A program made the translations under genes and the position numbers. A stretch of 47,504 nt of DNA, from IMG/VR virus record IMGVR_UViG_3300045996_001090, positions 1-47,504 of that record; one strand, given 5' to 3'. Origin of the DNA: a virus. Numbering within the stretch: position 1 is the stretch's first letter; each line of letters opens with the position of its first letter. This document shows positions 40,818 to 47,504 of the stretch, piece by piece. The notes beneath the pieces are model-generated. The model worked only from the letters and a program-made list of their open reading frames with translations, was not told the origin of the DNA and did not search any database.

Positions 40818-40821
40818 GGCG

Positions 40822-41082
40822 ATGGCTGCATCGATTGTTTACACATTTCGCGCCCGGTGTGGCGGTGGCGGTCATACCATACTCGGCGTGAGCTTCAACG
40901 GCGTGGCGCTCGGTGATTTCGCTTACACGACGGACGAACTTCTGCGCCCTATTGCGCAGCTCACACAAGAGGAGCGGCAGGCCGCCGCGCTGCTCATTCT
41001 AAAGCTGCGATGCCAAGGGCTGAATCGAAGTCAGGCGGTGACGCTGTTCGGTAGTCCCGTCACCGTGACCATCCAGCCGTGA
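40822..41082 (+). CDS. Hypothetical protein, 86 aa
   Basis: ATG 5 nt after the portal stop. Coding-like composition. Confidence 0.5.
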   Translation: MAASIVYTFRARCGGGGHTILGVSFNGVALGDFAYTTDELLRPIAQLTQEERQAAALLILKLRCQGLNRSQAVTLFGSPVTVTIQP

Positions 41083-41095
41083 CGGTGACAATCTA

Positions 41096-42283
41096 ATGGC
41101 GCTCACTACGGGAAATTTCGGCCTATTGTACCCCATGCGCGGCTATGAGGGGGGCGGCTCAACCGGTGATTCTCAAGTGATGGATGCCGCGACGGAAAAG
41201 GTCGCGCACATCGGGCACGTCTATATCGAGGGACGCCCCGGCTCTGCGAAAACTATTAGCGCGGCAGGCGGCGGCTCTGTTTCGTTCCGCACGGGGGCTG
41301 TGACGTTCGCCGCCGCCGCTGCTGGCACGGTCCTCGACATTGGCATTCAGGATGTGAGCACGACCGCTGGGCTTGCGGCGCAACCCGACGGCACTTTCGA
41401 CGTAAAGCGCACCTTGTCCAGCCCTGGCGGCCTATCGACCAACGCCTGGAACACTATCTCCATGACCGGCGGGAGTGGATCAAAGTCGATCACACACGGT
41501 GATCTGATCGCCGTTGTATGGGATATGACGGCGAGGACCGCCCCGGACACTGTTTCCGTAACCTCCACCGGTCCATACACCGGCGCGAATGCGCAGCGGC
41601 CGATGAATAACGTATACCTTGCGGGCGCATGGCAAACCGCGACCAGTTCCATGGCTGCCGCGCCTAATGTGCTCATTACGTTCGACGATGGCACCCTTGG
41701 TTTTATTGACGGCAACGGCCCGCCGATTACGTCATCCTCGAACGAAGCCTGGTCTGATTCCACTAACCCCGACGAGCGCGGCCTGATTTTTCAGGTGCCG
41801 TGGGACTGCAAGATTGACGGCTTCTGGATGGTGGGCGCGCCATCTGCCGGCGCGACGGGGGATTTTACGCTCGCACTTTACTCCAGCCCCACGGGAACGC
41901 CTGCTGCAATGGCCTCTGTTGCCGTTTTGGCCGAGCAAATGGGCACTGCGGTGGCGGATCGACCGGCTTTCTTCGTTCTGCCTTCCGAGGTCTCTCTTAG
42001 TCGCAACACCGATTATATCCTTGCAATGCGTGCGACCGGGGCTGGCAATTGCCGCCTTCGCACGTCTGTGCTTGGCAATACTGCCTATCGCGTTTTTCTA
42101 CCCGGCGGCACTACCCTCGCTAAGGGGACGCGCGACAACGGCTCTGGCGCGTTCACGGCGGAAAGCCCAGCCGTGACGATGTACATTATGGGCGTGCGCA
42201 TTTCATCTCTCGACGACGGAACGGGCTCTGGCGGCGGCGGCGGGCTCCTCGCTCACCCTGGAATGAGGGGCGGATTCATCTAA
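41096..42283 (+). CDS. Virion structural protein, 395 aa, beta-rich, apparently two similar halves
   Basis: Ser/Thr/Gly/Ala-rich beta pattern. More A/T-rich than the genome average by eye. Gly-rich C-terminus. Confidence 0.5.
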   Translation: MALTTGNFGLLYPMRGYEGGGSTGDSQVMDAATEKVAHIGHVYIEGRPGSAKTISAAGGGSVSFRTGAVTFAAAAAGTVLDIGIQDVSTTAGLAAQPDGTFDVKRTLSSPGGLSTNAWNTISMTGGSGSKSITHGDLIAVVWDMTARTAPDTVSVTSTGPYTGANAQRPMNNVYLAGAWQTATSSMAAAPNVLITFDDGTLGFIDGNGPPITSSSNEAWSDSTNPDERGLIFQVPWDCKIDGFWMVGAPSAGATGDFTLALYSSPTGTPAAMASVAVLAEQMGTAVADRPAFFVLPSEVSLSRNTDYILAMRATGAGNCRLRTSVLGNTAYRVFLPGGTTLAKGTRDNGSGAFTAESPAVTMYIMGVRISSLDDGTGSGGGGGLLAHPGMRGGFI

Positions 42284-43603
42284 ATGCGAACCATCAAAAA
42301 GGGCGCGACCGATCAAACGGTGTACGTCGAGATTCTCGATAGCACATCGACGACGGGCGGCCGCAAAACCGGGCTCGTATTCAATACGGCGTCGCTCACG
42401 GCGTACTATGTGCGCAACGGCGGCTCGGCCACGGCGATCACACTGGCGACGCTCGCCGCTGCCAACAGCGCTCACAGTGACGGCGGGTTTAAAGAGGTCG
42501 ACTCGACGAACATGCCGGGCGTCTATCGCCTGGACCTGCCCGATGCGGCAGTGGCGAGCGGCGCCGAAAGTGTCGTTGTCACGGTCAAGGGCGCGGCCGA
42601 TATGGCGCAAGTCTCGCTCGAGCTGCAACTCGTCGATAACACTCCGGCGGACGTTTACGGGCGCATCGGCGCTCCGGCCGGCGCTTCGATCTCGGCGGAC
42701 ATCGCTGCGGTTAAGACGCAAACGGCCGCGATCGAAACCGACACACAGGACATTCAAACGCGCCTCCCCGCGGCTCTCGTCTCGGGGCGGATTGACGCCT
42801 CGGTGGGCGCGATGGCGGCCAACGTTATGACGGCGGCCGCTGCGGCGGCGGACCTGACCACGGAATTGCAGAGCGGCCTGGCGACGCAAGCGAGCGTCGA
42901 TACCATCGACGATTTCCTCGATACTGAGGTCGCGGCCATCCTCGCCGCGGTCGATACTGAGGTCGCCGCGATCAAGGCGAAAACAGATTCGCTCACCTTC
43001 TCGACGGCGAACCGTGTTGATGCGCAGTTGTTCGGCGCCGAGGCGAACACCCTGACGGCCTCGGCCCTCGCGGCTGACGCGGTGACGGAAATCCAGAGCG
43101 GTCTCGCGACGGCTGCCGCGCTCTCGACGGTCGATGATTTCCTCGACACTGAGATAGCCGCCATCAAGGCAAAGACGGACCAGCTAACGTTCACGGTCGC
43201 AAACAGCGTTGACGCGACCGCGACCGCGACCATTGACCCTGCGGACATCCGCGACGCCGTCGGCCTCGCTTCGGCGAACCTCGATACTCAGCTCGGCACG
43301 ATTGATACCGTCGTCGACGCAGTGAAGGCGAAAACAGACAACCTGCCTGCCTCTCCGGCGGCAACCGGCGACGCCATGGCGCTTACAGGGGCGGCGGTCG
43401 ATGCTATCCATGACGAGGCAATCGACGGCGCGGTGACGTTCCGGCAGTCGATGCGCGGCCAGAATGCGGTGCTGCTCGGCATTGCGAGCGGGCTCGAAAC
43501 CACAACGGCGGTTTACCGCGATCTTGCCGACACTAAGGACCGGGTGAGCGCGACAGTAGACGTTGACGGCAACCGCACGGCCGTTACGCGCGATCTGACC
43601 TAA
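42284..43603 (+). CDS. Fibre-like protein, 439 aa, with repeated DDFLDTE(V/I)AAIKAKTD-type helical units
   Basis: TAAATG junction with the upstream gene. N-terminal beta domain (GVYRLDLPDAAV) followed by at least four copies of a (L/I)xT...I(A/D)A(I/V)KAKTDxL motif. Confidence 0.55.
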   Translation: MRTIKKGATDQTVYVEILDSTSTTGGRKTGLVFNTASLTAYYVRNGGSATAITLATLAAANSAHSDGGFKEVDSTNMPGVYRLDLPDAAVASGAESVVVTVKGAADMAQVSLELQLVDNTPADVYGRIGAPAGASISADIAAVKTQTAAIETDTQDIQTRLPAALVSGRIDASVGAMAANVMTAAAAAADLTTELQSGLATQASVDTIDDFLDTEVAAILAAVDTEVAAIKAKTDSLTFSTANRVDAQLFGAEANTLTASALAADAVTEIQSGLATAAALSTVDDFLDTEIAAIKAKTDQLTFTVANSVDATATATIDPADIRDAVGLASANLDTQLGTIDTVVDAVKAKTDNLPASPAATGDAMALTGAAVDAIHDEAIDGAVTFRQSMRGQNAVLLGIASGLETTTAVYRDLADTKDRVSATVDVDGNRTAVTRDLT

Positions 43604-43612
43604 AGGCCGGCG

Positions 43613-44017
43613 ATGTTCGGCCATCGGTTTTTCGGCGGCCGGTTTTTCGGCGGGCGCTACTTTGGCGACGGCGGTGACGGCGAGCCCGTCGTCGCGAACG
43701 TCACCCGCGGCGGCTATCCGACCGAGTACATCGCGCAAAAGCGCAAGCCGCAGAAAAGCTCCGACGAAGAGCGCGGCGAGGTCCGCGCGCTACTGCGCAA
43801 GGCGCTCTTGGGCGAGGAGCTCGAGGCGCCAGCCGCCGAAGTCGTGGCGATCGCCAAGCCTCACGCGCGCAAGCCTCGGGCCGGGGCAAGCGTCAAGGTC
43901 GACTGGCAGGCTCTTGATACGCACCTGGGCGAGCTCCGGGCGGCGCTCGCGGCCTATCGGGCATCGCTCGCGGACGAGGACGAGGACGAAATCATTATGC
44001 TGGCAATGGTGGTTTGA
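43613..44017 (+). CDS. Hypothetical protein, 134 aa
   Basis: N-terminus FGHRFFGGRFFGGRYFGDGG. Stop overlaps the tailspike start. Confidence 0.55.
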   Translation: MFGHRFFGGRFFGGRYFGDGGDGEPVVANVTRGGYPTEYIAQKRKPQKSSDEERGEVRALLRKALLGEELEAPAAEVVAIAKPHARKPRAGASVKVDWQALDTHLGELRAALAAYRASLADEDEDEIIMLAMVV

Positions 44018-46485
44018 TGTACGTCGGACACGCTTTCGAAAGCGCCATTGCTGACGATCCGGCGTCTGCGGCTGCCGGCGAAGTGCTGCCCAGCCATTGG
44101 AACGCCGCGCACACCATCCACGGCTTTTACAACACCCTCACGGATGCGGCTGCGGCTGACATCCCGGCCGCGGTCCAGCACGTCACCACGGCCGGCTATT
44201 CCGCGGTAGGCGATGATGGCGGCGGCGGCTACAAGCGCCTTGCAGCGCACCCTTATACACTATGGGCCAGCGGCGACTTCACCCCCGGTTCCGAGCGGCG
44301 CAACGCGTCGGGCAATCTCTACCGGCTCACGACGCGCCCGGTCGGCGGCGTCGGCACGCTCACAAATTCGGTCCAGCCGACGCACCTGAGCGGCGAGACG
44401 GTCGGCGCGGACGGCTTCGGTTGGACGTTTATAGCGCAGTCGACGCGCTATTTCCGCTCGGCCGATCGGTACACGTCGGCCGAAGTGTGGGACACGACTA
44501 ACGGCGGCTATTGGAGTCTCGTCCCGACTGGCGGTGTTGTCCGCATTGAACAACTCGGCGGCGTCGCCGACTGGAACGGCTCAACCGGGACGGACAATTA
44601 CACCGCCATCATGGCGGCAGTTAACTGGATCATGTTTGATCCGGCCGCCAACACTGCCCAAGAGATAGCGCCGATCCTTGAGCTAGGGTACGGCAAGTAC
44701 AAGGTTGGGCAAACGGTTCACGTTACAAACGTCGTCAACATCCGCGGCAAGGTCGGGCATCTGCCCGATCCGTTTGGCCTAGGCGGCGCTACGCAATTAC
44801 ACTTCACGAACACGAGCGGTTCGATGTTCGTGTTCTATGGCAACAACGCCGGTAACGGTGGAGAAACCGGCGGACCATGGGGGGCGGGGCAGAACACTGG
44901 CGCGGCCTCAAGCTCGCGCATTGCTGACTTCACCTGCCACAATTCGTCCGGCGTCACGACGCGCGACCTAACCCGCCACGGAATCAATTACCGCTGCGCT
45001 ATGACAGCCGAGCGGATTGGCGTTTACAGCACGGCCGGGCATGGGCATTACATTCATGGACAGGCGGGGCATGGCGGCGAGCACGAAGGGAACTGCAACG
45101 GCTGGGAGCTAATAAGCTGCTTCGGGCATGAATGCCGTGGTCACTTTCTTAAGATCGAAGGGGCGGACGCCAACGGCGGGACCTCTTGGAAGTTCACGAC
45201 GCACGGCACAGTCGGGCTTGGCGGCTGCGGTATCTACGAGGGGCCGACTCTCGGGAACACCCACATTCAGCCGCAGATAACCGGCTACGGCAACATGGGG
45301 GTCAGTCACCTTAGTAAGCAGTACCAATATCTCGGCGGCGACTCGACAACCACGCCCGGCACTAACGATCTGATTTGGCATTACATTCGCGACGGTGGCG
45401 TTACGTCCAGCTTCCCCGCGTGGAACTCGGCTAACGACTACTCGCTATTCACGCTACCCATCCTCTGTCTAAGCTCTCAGACGCGGATTGTCGGCCCCTA
45501 CGTTGAGGGCGGCAACGTCAATTCGCATAGCCTAGGAATTGTGGATGGCGGTGTGGCGCCGTTTACGCGCTACACACCGGGGCCGAACACAAGCCAAAGC
45601 GTTGCCTACGGTGCTGTCACATGCGGCACAGGATTTGGTTCTTTCTACACATTCGCAGACCAGACAGGGGTCGCGAACACTCAGAACGGCAGTTCTACCT
45701 GGACCCGGTTTGGTGGCTCCCACATAACCGCTCAGTTTGACACTGGCGGCGGAGCTGCGTTCCTTACCTACCTGCGGCAAACTGACGGCGATAGCTCCCA
45801 TTATTGGGGCTATGCCTACCCCGACATAGTTCACATTAATCAGTCCGGCCGGTATTGGTGGGTTCAAACCACATCAGAGACGACCGAGGAGTTTGGGCGG
45901 GGGAGCGCCCAGCCTAATTATCTCCGCTTCAACGCATTCGGTATCGGCGGGCAGGATAATGCCGACCAGGCGCGCATCATTGGCTATCACAACGGGAAGC
46001 CGTCGTCGGGCGTTCATGCGCTCGGCGAGGTCTGGTTTCAGACTAACCCGACCGGCCACGGCGCGGCCGCCTATGTGTGCAAGACGACAGGCACGCCGGG
46101 CAGCTACTGCACAATTCCAGTGTTCGGGCTCTCATCCATAGAGCCTCAGAACGATGGCGACTGCGTGCTCGAAAATACGAGCAACACACAGCTCAAACTA
46201 AAATACCAAGGCTCGGACAGCACCGACAGGCAAATTGACTTCGGGCTAAGCACAACGGGCGAGGTCGCATCGCGGCCCGCTACGGCTCCCGCTGCTGGCG
46301 GGACGCTGTTCTACCGCGCGGGATCAACAGCGGCGCTCGGCATCTATTTCGGCTCGGGTGCGCCAACGGCATCGGCGGCGCAAGGCTCACTCTACATGCG
46401 GACCGATGGCTCGTCCACGTCAACGCGGGCTTACGTCAACACGGACGGCGGCACGACTTGGACTGCCGTAACGACGGCGGCGTAG
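44017..46485 (+). CDS. Tailspike / tail fibre, 822 aa
   Basis: N-terminal LPSHWNAAHTI anchor-type motif, GDDGGGGYKR, a long Gly/Asn/Thr-rich beta body, and a C-terminal GSLYMRTDGSSTSTRAYVNTDGGTTWTAV motif common in fibre tips. TTG 44014 is an alternative start. Confidence 0.75.
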   Translation: MYVGHAFESAIADDPASAAAGEVLPSHWNAAHTIHGFYNTLTDAAAADIPAAVQHVTTAGYSAVGDDGGGGYKRLAAHPYTLWASGDFTPGSERRNASGNLYRLTTRPVGGVGTLTNSVQPTHLSGETVGADGFGWTFIAQSTRYFRSADRYTSAEVWDTTNGGYWSLVPTGGVVRIEQLGGVADWNGSTGTDNYTAIMAAVNWIMFDPAANTAQEIAPILELGYGKYKVGQTVHVTNVVNIRGKVGHLPDPFGLGGATQLHFTNTSGSMFVFYGNNAGNGGETGGPWGAGQNTGAASSSRIADFTCHNSSGVTTRDLTRHGINYRCAMTAERIGVYSTAGHGHYIHGQAGHGGEHEGNCNGWELISCFGHECRGHFLKIEGADANGGTSWKFTTHGTVGLGGCGIYEGPTLGNTHIQPQITGYGNMGVSHLSKQYQYLGGDSTTTPGTNDLIWHYIRDGGVTSSFPAWNSANDYSLFTLPILCLSSQTRIVGPYVEGGNVNSHSLGIVDGGVAPFTRYTPGPNTSQSVAYGAVTCGTGFGSFYTFADQTGVANTQNGSSTWTRFGGSHITAQFDTGGGAAFLTYLRQTDGDSSHYWGYAYPDIVHINQSGRYWWVQTTSETTEEFGRGSAQPNYLRFNAFGIGGQDNADQARIIGYHNGKPSSGVHALGEVWFQTNPTGHGAAAYVCKTTGTPGSYCTIPVFGLSSIEPQNDGDCVLENTSNTQLKLKYQGSDSTDRQIDFGLSTTGEVASRPATAPAAGGTLFYRAGSTAALGIYFGSGAPTASAAQGSLYMRTDGSSTSTRAYVNTDGGTTWTAVTTAA

Positions 46486-46486
46486 C

Positions 46487-46825
46487 GTGGCCTTTCAACA
46501 GGTCGGCTTTCAGTCGAGCGGCTTTCAGGACGTCGGGCTCGGCCCTGGCGCAACCGTCATCCCGCCCCGCACTGGCGGCGGCTATCCCGATTGGTGGGAG
46601 GACGATGATCGGCCTTTCGACGCGTTCCCAAAGCGCAAGCGCAAGCCTGAGACAGAGCTCTCGGACCCGCGGGCTTCGATCGTCGACATCTACATGGATT
46701 TGACGGCGCCCGCGCCTCGGGCTGGGCCTGCGCCTCGTCCGAAGATCACGCCATACAGCAAGCGCGCGGCCGATCGGTTCTCGGCCGAGCTCGCGGCGTA
46801 CATGCAAAAACTGAGGGGCTTCTGA
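46487..46825 (+). CDS. Hypothetical protein, 112 aa (repeat copy of 2253-2591)
   Basis: Identical to the left-copy gene. Confidence 0.55.
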   Translation: MAFQQVGFQSSGFQDVGLGPGATVIPPRTGGGYPDWWEDDDRPFDAFPKRKRKPETELSDPRASIVDIYMDLTAPAPRAGPAPRPKITPYSKRAADRFSAELAAYMQKLRGF

Positions 46826-47157
46826 TGGGGTTTGTCGGGGGAATTGTCGGCGGTCGCTTCTTTGAGGGCGACGAGTATTTCGCGGCTCGCGAGATCGAGC
46901 GGAAGCGGTCGGCGCTCGCCGCTCCGCGCATCACGTCCGACTACATCGAGGGCGCGGGCTCCGCGGTTAAGTCGATGGTCGACGGCCGCATGTACGATTC
47001 GAAGTCGGCGCTGCGGCGTCACTACCGCGAGCGCGGCTACATCGAAGTAGGGAACGAGCGGCAAGAGCCGCCGCCAAAGCCAAAGCCGGATCGCAAGGCA
47101 ATTCGCAACAGCGTGGGCTCGGCAATGGTCCGCGCTGGCATTTCAGTCGACGGCTAA
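46825..47157 (+). CDS. Hypothetical protein, 110 aa (repeat copy of 2591-2923)
   Basis: Identical to the left-copy gene. Confidence 0.55.
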   Translation: MGFVGGIVGGRFFEGDEYFAAREIERKRSALAAPRITSDYIEGAGSAVKSMVDGRMYDSKSALRRHYRERGYIEVGNERQEPPPKPKPDRKAIRNSVGSAMVRAGISVDG

Positions 47158-47172
47158 ACCAAGGAAAAGTTC

Positions 47173-47504
47173 ATGGATGATCTGGCGAACGGCGCCTCAA
47201 ACGCGCCGGACGAAGGCATTTCCACGTCTGAGGCCGAAAGCTCGGCCCCGGCTCCCTCCGCTCGTGAGGCGCTCGAACGGGCGTTTTCCTCGGTTTCCGA
47301 GGCTTCCCCGCCGGCCGATCGCGGCGACGGTCGCGACACAATCGGCCGGTTCGCCGGAAAGGCGGCGGCCGAGGCTCCTAAGGTCGACGCTGCGGCCCCT
47401 CCGGCTGCGCCTGACGCGCAAAAGCCGGCCGAGGCGGCTCCTGCTGCTCCGACGCCTGGCGGGCCTCCTAGCCGCTTTACAAAGGCCGCGGCCGAGGCGT
47501 GGGG
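47173..47504 (+). CDS. Scaffolding protein, 5' part only, cut by the window end (repeat copy of 2939-3270)
   Basis: Identical to the start of 2939-4033. Confidence 0.6.
   Translation, partial: MDDLANGASNAPDEGISTSEAESSAPAPSAREALERAFSSVSEASPPADRGDGRDTIGRFAGKAAAEAPKVDAAAPPAAPDAQKPAEAAPAAPTPGGPPSRFTKAAAEAW

Larger units (their letters stand above)
1..44234. mobile_element. One complete genome unit of a temperate podovirus-like dsDNA phage (unit length 44,234 bp)
   Basis: All phage modules are present: terminases, portal, scaffold, capsid, adaptor/nozzle, internal virion proteins, fibres, lysis, recombination, replication, integrase. The sequence closes on itself because 1-3270 recurs at 44235-47504. 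Confidence 0.85.
44235..47504. repeat. Right copy of the 3,270-bp terminal direct repeat (partner 1-3270)
   Basis: Same as the left copy. It begins inside the tailspike gene and ends inside the scaffold gene. Confidence 0.95.

Noticed and set aside
44017-46485. Possible diversity-generating retroelement, because the capsid module looks BPP-1-like
   Set aside because: No reverse-transcriptase ORF exists anywhere in the unit. I saw no template/variable repeat pair near the 3' ends of the fibre or spike genes.

Overview
The window is one complete genome unit (44,234 bp) of a high-GC, temperate, podovirus-like dsDNA phage. It then runs on for 3,270 bp into a second copy of its own start: bases 1-3270 equal 44235-47504. 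Read from the packaging genes, the plus-strand order is as follows. (1) Small-terminase-like gene, a DPPY DNA methyltransferase and the large terminase (35.6-37.8 kb). (2) A three-ORF antisense cassette (37.8-38.4 kb). (3) The portal (38.4-40.8 kb). (4) A seven-gene fibre/tailspike block (40.8-47.2 kb, equal to 1-2.9 kb). (5) Scaffold, major capsid and a decoration-like protein (2.9-5.7 kb). (6) A DUF115/MptE-like plus SAM-methyltransferase fusion (5.7-7.1 kb). (7) Adaptor-like and nozzle-like tail genes, a GNAT, and three large internal-virion-type proteins, one with a Peptidase_S74 C-terminus and one with a lytic transglycosylase domain (7.9-17.1 kb). (8) A fibre-like gene, small and low-complexity proteins, and a second transglycosylase with a Q/N/G/Y-rich tail (17.3-20.4 kb). 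(9) A beta-helix-like protein, a GH108 endolysin and a lysis/membrane cassette interrupted by a reverse-oriented HNH-AP2 endonuclease (20.4-24.8 kb). A minus-strand early operon follows: six genes joined by five ATGA overlaps, including a RecE-like PD-(D/E)XK exonuclease and an AAA_24/Sak4-like ATPase (25.2-28.0 kb). It diverges from a plus-strand early/middle operon (28.1-35.6 kb). That operon holds an XRE HTH, a candidate Acb2/Tad1-like nucleotide sponge, a GcrA C-terminal-domain-only protein, a DUF1376 replication protein, a Dam-family methyltransferase bounded by 16-bp direct repeats, and a Cre-like tyrosine recombinase embedded in the operon. I saw no rRNA, tRNA, CRISPR array, reverse transcriptase or DNA polymerase. 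The most interesting unexplained items are the structural-module DUF115-methyltransferase fusion, the antisense cassette between terminase and portal with its duplicated initiation region, the Acb2-like gene, the GcrA-fragment plus two orphan methyltransferases, and the seamless Dam cassette. All functional calls rest on motif recognition by eye and on gene order. None has been checked against a database.
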